64,000 nt of DNA from Ylistrum balloti (taxonomy: Eukaryota): contig NW_026782187.1 in NCBI RefSeq assembly GCF_031769215.1, positions 124,001-188,000 on the forward strand, in the 5' to 3' direction. Under the pieces are notes generated by a model, which worked only from the letters and a program-made list of their open reading frames with translations, had not been told where the DNA came from and ran no database searches. The number at the start of each line of letters is the position of its first letter. Within the stretch, counting starts at the first letter, position 1. Both the position numbers and the translations under genes were made by a program. Positions 52,601-64,000 of the stretch are shown here, one piece after another.

Positions 52601-55600
52601 GGGCAATGTTATGTAGTACAATCCTGTAAATTGTCTAGGGTTTGTCCTGATCAATTACAAAGCAACAATTAAAAATCAGACAACAATGTACATGTACACC
52701 AGATAGAAACACTTGAAAAAATATATTTCTTTATTGTGAGTCTGATATAGAGGGCTCGAATGGTCCTCAACCACCAATAATCTTGATTTATAGCAACCAT
52801 GATCCTACATAAATACTCACACAGGTTATTAAACATTTTCAAAGCCTAATGTTGACAAACCATGGAATGACCTTTACATGTTAAATTTTGAGATAACTCA
52901 GAACCTGTAAAGTCTCAAGGCAACCTGAGCAGATCAGATCAGAATGATGTTTATACAGCAGAGTTCTCAGAGGTACTCCTTGCGATTACAATTCATGCAT
53001 CTTACACCTAGGAAATTTTGTTGCTATCTCAATGTTTTGTTCACACTCACCACATCTAAAACGAAGGCAGCACTCGCCCGGATTGATGGCAGCCATGACA
53101 TTAGGTGTAGTGCATGTGGTTTGGGAGGTGCTACATTGGTCAGGCTTGCACACCACCTGGTAGCGGTCACAACAGCCATCTTCTGTTTTCACAATCTGGG
53201 CAACCTCACCTTCCTGTAGGAATGGCATTACTACTGGCTGACAGGTAGTTGTCATACAATGGTCTAAAACATGAAGTTGGTAAAATGAATCGCTGGCAAA
53301 CAAAACTGATCTTTATTACAAATAAATTCATAGGAACTTGAACTAGTTGCTAATGTCATCAATGGGTGGTTAAATGATTAGCAAATTATTTTCTATGAAT
53401 AATAACAGCTGCCCTTGATCTTTGAACACCAACAAATCTAAGGCATTAATAAATACTTGTTTAATTTATGAGATTTGATCATAACTTATAAAGAAATACA
53501 TTAACTAAAGTGATGACATCTGTTTGGGATGGAGTAACACTACTAACATTTATAGCAGTGCTCCATAAGGGTACAAATCTCAGTTTTTTTAACATAATAA
53601 CCCTATAATATACAAATTCTCAAAATCTTATTACAAACACTAATATGTAGTTACACCATATCTTTCTTCAAGTTTGTAGATAATCCACAAGACTTTGAAA
53701 AAAAATCCATGAAACCTATCCAATATAGGCCCAGTGACACATTTATCCAAAACAAAGCTGTAAAATATCTCAATACTGGCCTAATAACAATGAGCTATTG
53801 CTGAAGCTGTTCTTACCTGAGGTTGGTGTGGCTGTCACTGCTGGGGTAGGGTTGGGCGTTACCGCTGAAACGGAAAGTATCCATCAAGATCTTATTTCTT
53901 AGGATTATTAAAAGATCAGGAGAAATATTTATCAGGACAGATTTTCCAAAGAAAAAGCTGCAACAAAGAAGAACTAAATAGCAGACATCAGCAGTATTCT
54001 TAAATTTGTAAATCAATTTCATTTTTAATCATTTTTGTCAAAAACATCTTTGAATGTAGATGAACAGGAAAAATTATTTAGATCATGATTCTATGTCTGC
54101 AAGTTTATACCAAATTTCATAAAAAGAAAATGAAAGATATTCTGAATGAGAAAATGGATAGACAAGATTTATTCCTTACCTGTTGAACACTGACAGTGGT
54201 ATCTGATCTTGTAGTTAGAACAAGGTATAGGGAAATTGTCCATATCCTGACACCTCAGGCCAATAGCGGTGGTACACTGAATTACCTCCCCTGTTGAATA
54301 TGACGGAGCATCCATGTCTATAGAGTAACATTCAATGCGGTCCAATGATCCTCCAGCACAGGCCCCAGTATGCTTCTGATACAAAGCAGCAGATGGCTCA
54401 AAGTCTCCTTCAGAGGTCCTATTGTTTTCATTGTACCATGGCAACCAGCCGCTAACACAAGCTGAAAGAGAAAACATCTCAAAGATATTGTCATACTTTC
54501 GAGAACATAAATTCACAATATGTATCCCACTCTCTCACATCACTTCAAACTATTTCCTCTCTACTCACTTTCCTATCTTTTCCTGTCTGCTGAAAGGCCA
54601 AAAGGCCATAAAAGTGGATGTAAAACCCATTAAATAAATAAATGTATAGACAAAGAAAATTAATATATTTGAGTTGTTTAAATATTAATGAGAATTACAG
54701 CAATTTCTAGCAGAATACTAGCTTTGAAGAAATTGTCCCTGTAGTGAAATATAAATCAAGGGCTGGGCTGTCTTTTTATGAATTTTTGAGATATGTCTGG
54801 AGTACTTACTAGGTGGTCCTGGAGTATATAAGTCATGGCCTGGGGGTGGCTTGGTATAAATTCCAGGTGCACGAGTGGGTGTGATCTTGCCAGTATTTGG
54901 TCCTTGTGTGGGTGTTCCTTGAGCACCTCCTGGTGGTGCAGCAGTGGGAGTTCCTGGTAGTGTGAACATTGGGGTTACATCTGAAAACATGGTACATAAT
55001 ATACTGAGTAAAACAGCTTAAACATTTGCACATCAAAATAATTTCCAACTACAATAAAAACATAATACATGTGATTGATCATAGAAGTACATGCAGTATG
55101 ATGAACTTCCTATCATTTCATCCACTACTCATATTTTACTCATATCTGACCTATTTTTGCCAAATTCCCTTCTCGTCAATGCAAGCATTTCACAGCTATT
55201 GATAAGGAATGGTAGGAGACTAGTCCATATTCTCATTATTGCTGAAAGTTGGAAAAATATTACAGGTCTGTGAGGTATTGACACAGGACAGCATCTCTCC
55301 TCAAAAGTATGTTGATAGAATCTCTCTATTCAAAGTAGTGATGTGTCAGTCTCCTACCTTGTTCATCTGTATTAATATTGGTTCTCACAGAATTTTTTTC
55401 CACCTTCACAGCGCCATGTAGATGACGAAAAAAAAATCTATTTAACACAGTCATAATTGATGTGGGTACATAGTGTTTGATCAAGATCGATATGAAATGT
55501 GATAAAAATCAAGCAATATTTTAATTTCAATGCATTAGCCGTCTGCGGTGCAGGCATTTTATCCAATAAGAAGAAGATCATTATCATTGTGTTTGTTTTG

Positions 55601-58600
55601 TCAGACATAACTTTTTAGCAATTTTCATCAAAATCAGACAATATGAATTCACTACCAATTAGATGCTTCCTTCTGCAGCCATTTTGTTAACTCAGAAAAT
55701 GGACTCCAGATCGACTGACTACTTTTTCCTTAAGTAGCAAGCATGTACCCAGATCATTTATTGGGTGCTTGCTTATATAAGGGGAAACAAACAGTTGTAG
55801 CTGTATAGTTTCAAATGTAGAAACATTCAACAGCTTTCAATGTTGCTAACAACGCAAACTGACTGATGGTATGACTAATGACATAGAATCTGAAACCAAA
55901 GGCAATTAATTACTGCAATATTGAAACAAAACCAATACATCTGAATCCAGTTTCCACCAGAATTTGTGTTTACCAGTTCATCAAGGATGTATCTTTATCC
56001 AAGTGTTCCGTTGAAGATCATGGCTAGCGGCATTTATTCCATTAAAACACACGATTTCTTGCATTCCATATTAAATAACACTAATATATAAATACTACGG
56101 GTTAGTTTGTAAGATTACTAATAACAATAAAGATAAAGAGTAAAAACAATAGGTCCCCCCACTTTGTTTGGGGGTGACAATGTCATTAAGGAAATGATGT
56201 TTCTCTTTCCTAAACCAGCTACCCTAGAATGCAGCAGCTGAGAAATGACAAATACTCAAATGAAGTAAGATTGAGGTCATATTGTTAAAGGATATCAAGC
56301 AACCTACCACAATTGTGTTCATCATTAATACAGTCAATGACGCCGTCACACTTGGCCGTTATAGGGATACACTGGCCATTTCCACAGCGGAACTCATCGG
56401 TGTCACAAGTAACACAAGTACATGCACAAGAAGAGGCATTGTAACCCCGGGTGTAGCCCTGTAAGTGAACAAACTCTTCCTGTTAACATCATGCCTCATC
56501 AATGTGTGTTGCTCTTTTTTCTTCCATTCAGGTGAAGGTTGGGGCAAATTTGGAGTCCCATTGTGAGTATCATTTTTTTTAAACAACAATGCATTTTTCA
56601 GTTTCATTGATTTCTGTAGCTATTAGTTCATCACATGGGCCAAAGAATGATCTAAAAATACTCTCACTGGATCATTGGTTTTTTAGATTAGTATATAATT
56701 CAATTATTGTTGTCATAATTTTTCTTTCTAATCATATGCTCATATTTGTGTAATAAAAAGAATTAACTATACTTAATTATTGATATAAAATACCCATATA
56801 GCTGAAAATTTGCATCCTGTCACATTGTGTCATGTGAGAAACAGCATTTCTCTGTACTTTTTATTAGAGGTAAATCTGTTCCATATATGTGGAGGGATTA
56901 CATGTTCCTTGTCCTGTTGTAAGTTTGTGCTTCGGTCGGACACAATGAGGAAGTATTACTAACCTCAGAACATGGTGGGCACTGCACTGGTATACAGGAC
57001 ACTTGTCCAGCAAAACAATGGCAGGTCTCACACTTGGAATTAGTGTGGACGTCCCCAGGCTAAAGGGGAAAATCATCAAAATATCAGTATTTCAACATCA
57101 CAAGGAACTGTCCATGGTCTATACTGTGTCATATTGAGAGAACATCTTTATCTTGTTTACTTCTTATTCACAACAAAGTATTTACAGTGTACTTTTCCTG
57201 CCAGTCCAGCTAAAGCAAATGTCAATCAATCTATCAATTTCTAGGTAAGACATCAAATAAAAATTTGAAAGATCTGATCCGAGTGTGTTAGAAATATGAA
57301 TACTCCTGGTAATGTAATTGTCCATGCAAAGAAAATAAAATAAAATAACTTTTTGTCATGACTAAATTTTGCATGCACTGATTTCATAAGCATTGCTTCT
57401 ATACTGATAGACAACAAATAATTACATGTCAACACTATACAGACAGGTTATGTTTATTTACCCTCACGAGCTTGCCTTCGACAAGACAGGTACATTGTGA
57501 TTTCCTCACACAGGACATGCCATCACACACGTATCCAGGTGCACATCCTTTGACTGGACAACGTGAGGTATTAATGCCGTCGAAACACACAGAACCGTTG
57601 TATTTCAAATCAACAAAAACTGTTGATCCAATTACAGGAGCCATGGATGGGGTAGGATTTGGGATTGGGGGCACTGAAAGTTGATTACATCCAAAACTTT
57701 AACAAAGTTCTATCACACTCCAGAACCTGACCAGCTTGTACAATGTTCTTTGGTCAGAAATTATATGTGGTATGTATTAAAACACAACATGCACATTGTG
57801 CTGCAGAAAAACAGGTATGGCTATAGTCATATCAGTAGATATTTATCTGTGAACAATAAGTATTATAGTTTGTAACAGTTTGACTGTTATATTTATGGAC
57901 TATATATGGAATAAAAAGGAAGCTGTAGTACTGAGAACCTGGTAAAATGTTACCATGGCAGTTTCCCTAAAATTAAATTCCTGTCACACCAATACCAAAG
58001 ATGGCATTTATAAAATGTAACTTCCTTATATATTTTTCCAATGTAAATACCACATAAAATACCATTTGGAAAAATAAAACAACTTTCCTCCAGTACTTAC
58101 CACACTCCGGACTGTTACGTAGACAACCAAGTCTGACCTTGTAATCAAAACAACCATGGCTGTCTGCCTGGTCTGCATCATTACATACTAATCCCTGCCA
58201 CAGATTACAACTGACCACTTGACCAGTCTCATTATATAACACCCCAGTGGCTGTGCGACATTCAATCTTCATCGGACTGTGACAATTCTTGGAAGCTGCC
58301 TTCACACCATCAATCCTTTCATAGTCCCCACCAGTTAGTGGTGTGGGTTGACCAATATTTACCCATCCATCGAAATCTATACAGTTTTCGTCTGTAATAT
58401 CAAACAGTCAAACATCAATTAAATCACAGCTCCGATATGTAAGGTCAGTCTCAACAACAGCATTAATATTGGTAGGAGAAAAAATCAAATCAAATGGACA
58501 AATAAACCTAATGATGACTTTGGTACGGAGACAGGGTGATATCAAATGGACAAATAAACTTAGTGATGACTTTGGTACGGAGACAGGGTGATATCAAATG

Positions 58601-61600
58601 GACAAATAAACTTAGTGATGACTTTGGTACGGAGACAGGGTGATATCAAATAGATAAATAAACCTAATGATATCTTTGGTACGGAGACAGGGTGATATCA
58701 AATGGACAAATAAACTTAGTGATATCTTTGGTATGGAGACAGGGTGATAACAAATAGACAAATAAACTTAGTGATGACTTTGGTATGGAGACAGGGTGAT
58801 ATCAAATAGACAAATAAACTTAGTGATATCTTTGGTACGGAGACAGGGTGATATCAAATAGACAAATAAACTTAGTGATATCTTTGGTACGGAGACAGGG
58901 TGATATCAAATAGACAAATAAACTTAGTGATGACTTTGGTACGGAGACAGGGTGATAACAAATGGACAAATAAACTTAGTGATGACTTTGGTAGGGAGAC
59001 AGGGTGATATCAATTAGACAAATAAACTTAGTGATATCTTTGGCAGGCAGAAGGGATAAATTCAAATTAATTAATAAGCTTACCAACAGCTTTGGTAGGA
59101 ATAGGAGTTGGTACCTTCCCAGGAGTGCTCGGAGTCGTTGCTGTAACAGATTTGTCCAATCATCTCAAGCATTATTTATTTTGTAATCTTTCTGATATTG
59201 TTCCAAGCTGTCTCCACCTAAGTTTTTGGATCATTTATTCTTTTTAGTTTCCATATAATGGTAATTATAAAAAAAAGATCCTTATTCATTCATTAAGCTA
59301 GTATATAATTTGTAAAATCAACTTTAAAGGTGTTGCAGCAAATCAGAAATAGTAAAAATGTTAGAAATTAAGGGTATTGAAATTTGACCACATCATCGTC
59401 CCACACATGAATTATGTAGGAACAAGAAACAGTGCTTACATGGATATGAGAGAAAGCAACCATGGATCTCAAACCTCATGGAAACCTTTCCGTGGTAGGT
59501 CTGTGGATTAATCCTGATGTAGCGAGCTCGTATTGGATTGGAGAAAAAGTGTGTCATTGGCGTGACCGAGTCAAAGTTACCATTGAACAACTGCAATATA
59601 CAGTAATTTCATGTAGCTAGGGTATATTTTGTTACAAATATTTAACAGATGGTTGTTGTAAATGTTCAGCAATAAACCATTCATTGAGGACCACATCAAA
59701 CAAAATATCTTTTTACATGAAAATTCATCGGTTCCTGTTGGTAGTTCTTTGAAACAGTACATTATCTTGGCTTTTGAATGATTGGTTGAATCTTATTACG
59801 TATAACAAGTTGATTCTTATGTTTTCAAAGAAGGCAGATGAAATTGTTTAGTTTATATTAAACCTTATCAGCTCCATCCTCTCGGTAAGTGTTCCAGTTC
59901 TTGCCATCCATGGAGTACCGAACATAATAGGAGGTAACGTAAGATGGCACATTCGGGCGACCCTGGGTCGTTACTCCTGTGATCAGGGATGATTGTAGGA
60001 AATCGACCTGTACAAACAAACCAATCTGACAGTTGACTTTATACCACATCGATATACTACATTCAACAGTGTATACTATCTAAACCTTGGTACATTGATC
60101 TGGTTTGGAGGAAAGTCTGGCTTACAGAGTTTCTTATATGTAAATGAGGATGAAGACACATTACCTACAATCACTGCCTGGTGTTCACAAGACTAGAGAG
60201 CAACTCAGTTCTGCATTACCTGTATAAACTGATTCTTGTTATCAACGGCGGCTGTCCATGCTGTAGGTCCACCGAGACGGGCCTTGTATGGGGCAGAGTT
60301 AGCATCCCGAGATGATGAGGCTGTGATCATGTCATCCCGAATCTGGTGGTTCTGCATGCCCATCTGCTCCTTACAAGCAGCTGTAAAAGATCACATTAGT
60401 TTTAATTATCAGTAATGCTATCAAATTTATCCTGTAACATTCCCAATAATTCAACACAAAATATTTCACTCCATGTCAGGCCTGGCTTACAGCAGAGTCA
60501 GGAAATGTCACCATGCTATTGAATGTGTCAGTTAATTTGACAGAAAACACAAGGATAGACTCAAGTACGGGGCTGACAATGAAATAGTATTTATTACTGA
60601 TAACTAATTGTTGATGAATAAAGGGATGTGGTTGTGAAGTATTACAAGGGGTTACATCTTTTTTTCCTTACAGGATAATTAAAGTTCCATATCAGCATTT
60701 AGCCAATCTATAAACAAAATAGAATCTAGGGAAAAAGCAATAAGTTGGGAGCTATTATCATATGTATGGCAGAAGAAATATTACAGAATAATTGTGATGA
60801 AAGTCGTGAATTGATATGACCATACTGAATTCATGTCATACATCGGTAAAGATACTCTTATTTGTGTTGATACTCATATCTCAACCCAAAGGTCAAAGGT
60901 TTAATACTCAGCAGAGGACTTAAACAAGCTAATTATGCCTCATATTGTGGTAATTAATTACTTTTCATAGTAAAATATTGCAAGTTGTTGTCATGAGCTA
61001 CAGTGTATATTTAATGCATCATCAAAAATAAATTGCATCAAGATGATGACATTAATATGCAATTGTGATATAAGGTTACACTATATAAAAAGATGATGTT
61101 GATTTTACTATGGGTGCTGATGTTGATCTATGTGTCAGCAGTCTTTTTTCTCGAGGAAATAATATCTATCTTTCTCTTTCTAACACAGGAATGATTTTTG
61201 TGAAGTGTGTGAGGATCTGTAATATAAAATCAAATTTTAAAAAGTTATCAGAACAACTGACAGCATGTAAACAAAAGTAAATATGTGAGAGTATTAGTGC
61301 TGACACCAAATAAATATAACCTCCTTATATCAATGACAAAAAATTCTAACATTAGGTAGGTAAGACTTTTCCAATGCACAATATTTAATATCAATCAAGT
61401 AATGGTCTTAATAAAGGGTTATTATATGTGTGTATGTAATTGATCTCATCTATAAACATTAAGGAGTTACCTCCCCTTAACTCTATCACCTTAATGTATA
61501 TATGTCTCTTTCTTACTTTCCTTTCCCTGTATCAATTGTTGTCACTATAAGGAGAGGACTAAGTTAGGCAATGCTTGATGTCCAATCCTATTGACATTTG

Positions 61601-63891
61601 TTTTTGTCAATAAAATTGGTTGAAATTAAATTTGAATGCTAAATTTGGCACAATCAAAATTTTGTCCACTGTCACATCATGGTAAATTTGCACAACACTG
61701 AATCATCACATCCACAATGGAAGCTATATCAACAAAATAATAATGGTGTAATTACTGGGACGTGTAATGATATTCTACAATTGACTACTTTTAGTGAAAG
61801 CATTGAAATAAGGTTAACAGTAATAAAGTAGGTATGTGAAATTAGTTGATTATATCTTTTAGATGCATTCACTGAGTAGTAATCAACTGATTAAAATATA
61901 AGATAGGAATGAATAATGCTTGAGATTTACTATTATTGATTTTAGGGTTCTTTGACAGAGACACACGTTGCAGATTTTTTTTTAATGAGCTTTTTAGGGT
62001 ACACAAATATTGACTGTTAATGTGGGGATTTCTTCAATGGGTATTAGGTTTCAAGAACATGGACTATTGTTGTGGGACTTTCTTGAAATGGTGTTAGGGT
62101 TCACTTACACTGACTATTGTTGTGGGGATTTCTTAAAAGAGTTTTAGGGTTCACTGACAAGGACTGTAGTGGGGATTTCTTGAATGGGTAAGAGAGTACA
62201 TGAAAATATACACTTACTAGGAATGTTGTTGGCTGGAGTAACAGGAGCAGCAGTGGGATACACAGCACTATGAGAGGGTGCTGGTGATGGGAGATCTGAG
62301 GAAAAAATAAACAATTGCTGATAAAAACTCTGCCCCATCAATTCATATAAATGTGGTTATAAATCTATTTTGTGTGTGTGAAAAAAACTCATCTTTATCT
62401 TAATTAATGGGTTTTTTTTATTTCCAGAGTTTGGACAAAATTTGTTTAAAAAAAAAAAAAAGAAATTACCTGCACAGTCACACCAATATCTGACCTTGTA
62501 GTCACTACAAGGAATAGGGAAGTTATCAGCATTGTTACAAGTCAGACCAGTGTCAACATAGCAAGTAGCAATTTCTGCGGCGCTGATAAATTCAATGCCT
62601 TCCTTTGTCATACATTCAATTTTGGTCACATTTCCTCCTGGACAGAACTGTTTCTTCTCAGCAGGGGTCATGGCTTCATGCTCCATGTCACCACTTGTAG
62701 GCTGGTCACGATTAAGCCATTGTGACCAGCGTTTGTCACATGGTGCAGGGGCCGCTGTTGGCATTTTTGTTTGACTGATGGGGGCTACAGTTGGTTGGCC
62801 AGTTTGACCAGATGGCACACGAGTTGGTGTTCCAAAACTGTCTACACCAGGATGAGCTGTTGGTGCTCCTACATTGTTAAAGAAACCAAAGCCAGAAAAG
62901 TCAGATGGTACAAGAATGATTAGGCATTGCATATACTTAATTTAACATTTAACATTAAGTCCCTATGAAACCAGAAGAAGGAAATGTATTAAGAGAGCTA
63001 TGAATGCAGAAAAATTGGTATTGACATTCTAAACACTTGAAAAAAACAAGAAATCATGATGTAGTGCTGCTTTAGACATAATCCACTGTACTGACATTAC
63101 AGACACTTCAGTTCCACAAATATGTATTCAAATCCAATCAAATTAAACTTGGACTACAAATATATCTACAGAATAGCAAATTCCATTTCTGTCAGTTTCC
63201 GAGCAAACATGAATGCTGTTTTACACATCAAAAAACTTGATGCAACAAGTTTGAAATTAGTCTGGCAAGAACATTGCGGAAAATATTTCTCCATCTATAC
63301 ATATATTACAACAATTGAAAAAAAGCTTAAATCTGATATTAATCGTGATAATGTTAGCTTCATTTAGCATCTGAGCATAACACTTTTCATGAATTCTGTC
63401 ATCTTCACTTGGAATTTTCAAACTGACATAAAAAGAAAAATTAACCATAAAGAGACTGTAAGCAGCAAAGCCAACATCAAGGTAATTAATCTCACCTGCA
63501 CAGTCACACCAATATCTGACCTTGTAGTCACTACAAGGGATAGGGAAGTTATCAGCATTGTTACAAGTCAGACCAGTGTTAACATGACAAGAAGCGATCT
63601 CTGCAGCACTTATAAATTCAATGCCTTCCTTTGTCATACATTCAATTTTGGTCACGTTTCCTCCTGGACAGAACTGTTTCTTCTCAGCAGGGGTCATGGC
63701 TTCATGCTCCATGTCACCACTAGTAGGATTGTCACGATTAAGCCATTGTGACCAGCGTTTGTCACAAGCTGCTGGGGCTGCAGAGGGCTTTCCAGTTTGA
63801 CTGATGGGGGCAACAGTTGGCTGTCCTGTCTGTTTTGCAGGTACAGTTGGTAATCCAGAGCCATCGGTGTTAGGTGCTGCAGTTGGTGAAC
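49336..63891 (-). CDS. Giant gel-forming mucin / SCO-spondin / hemolectin-like gene, last 22 exons (about 1256 aa); 5' part lies beyond the window
   Basis: GT-AG exons: 63891-63496, 62868-62470, 62295-62218, 60380-60220, 60007-59864, 59590-59440, 59140-59084, 58391-58101, 57673-57462, 57059-56964, 56458-56308, 54980-54810, 54461-54180, 53864-53817, 53263-53051, 52570-52469, 52312-52206, 52013-51900, 51603-51520, 51055-50924, 50506-50455, 49667-49336. All phases are compatible; total 3773 nt. Confidence 0.92.
49748..50290. repeat. Intronic 40-bp minisatellite cttagaaatcaaacatacttaggtcagtcttgtcctaagt
   Basis: Period 40 (49748/49788), about 13 units. Confidence 0.95.
50455..53263 (-). CDS. Mucin-like gene: Cys-rich / VWC-like exon cluster (7 exons)
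   Basis: VGETWKDGLCKTCQC, DQCCGQC, DSTGCCKTC, DGCCDRY, GECC motifs. Confidence 0.85.
54180..54461 (-). CDS. Mucin-like gene: WxxW (CysD) domain exon
   Basis: CVSGWLPWYN...GDFE...IEC...GLRC..DNFPIPCSNYKIRYHC. Confidence 0.9.
56308..56458 (-). CDS. Mucin-like gene: LDL-receptor class A exon (absent from the ORF track)
   Basis: TCDTDEFRCGNGQCIPITAKCDGVIDCINDEHNC; cag acceptor, gtaggt donor. Confidence 0.9.
58101..58391 (-). CDS. Mucin-like gene: divergent WxxW (CysD) exon
   Basis: FDGWVN...GGDYE...IECR...GQVVSC...GLVC...CFDYKVRLGC. Confidence 0.88.
58489..59040. repeat. Intronic 52-bp minisatellite
   Basis: atcaaatggacaaataaacttagtgatgactttggtacggagacagggtgat; period 52 (58501/58553), about 10 units. 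Confidence 0.95.
59440..60380 (-). CDS. Mucin-like gene: F5/8 type C (discoidin) domain, 3 exons
   Basis: CKEQMGMQNHQIRDDMITASS...AW...QFIQVDF...ITGVTTQGR...FNGN...ARYIRINP...SMRFEIHGC. Confidence 0.92.
62010..62190. repeat. Intronic about 48-bp repeat, about 4 degenerate copies
   Basis: gact-tt-tgtgggga-tttctt-aa recurs four times. Confidence 0.7.
62470..63891 (-). CDS. Mucin-like gene: two near-identical PT-linker plus WxxW exons
   Basis: Both encode CDKRWSQWLNRD-PTSGDMEHEAM...DNFPIPCSDYKVRYWCDCA. Confidence 0.92.
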
Positions 63892-64000
63892 CTAAAAAAA
63901 AAATATAAGGTGTCAGAAATACAAACTGATAGCTTACCTAGGTATACTGATAGTGTTAACAAAGTTCTGTCTTCAATAAAACACATGTTATTGCAAAAGT

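Overview
Eukaryotic, AT-rich, repeat-dense genomic DNA, most likely from a mollusc (inferred from the repeat families and gene types). No prokaryotic features were found. Most ORF-track entries are artefacts of satellites or pieces of spliced genes. From splice signals I reconstruct: (1) a three-coding-exon Spaetzle-like cystine-knot secreted protein gene on the minus strand (15380-23111, 281 aa) that is not visible as a single ORF; (2) an Ig-domain type I membrane protein with an intronless CDS (10583-11281); (3) an orphan 135-aa gene (5425-5832); (4) the last 22 exons (about 1256 aa, all in frame) of a giant mucin/SCO-spondin/hemolectin-like gene with WxxW (CysD), F5/8-C, LDLa, VWC-like and CTCK domains (49336 to beyond 64000). 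The middle of the window is a head-to-tail duplication (26187-39040 and 39041-49046). Copy A carries a full-length L1/Tx1 LINE with a 13-bp TSD. Copy B shows the empty site and a roughly 18-fold expanded 58-bp satellite that includes a chimeric, probably mis-polished, stretch. Also present: a minimal type I hammerhead ribozyme (24465-24508), tRNA-derived V-domain SINEs, Penelope-like fragments and about ten minisatellite arrays. All calls come from reading the sequence; no database search was run.
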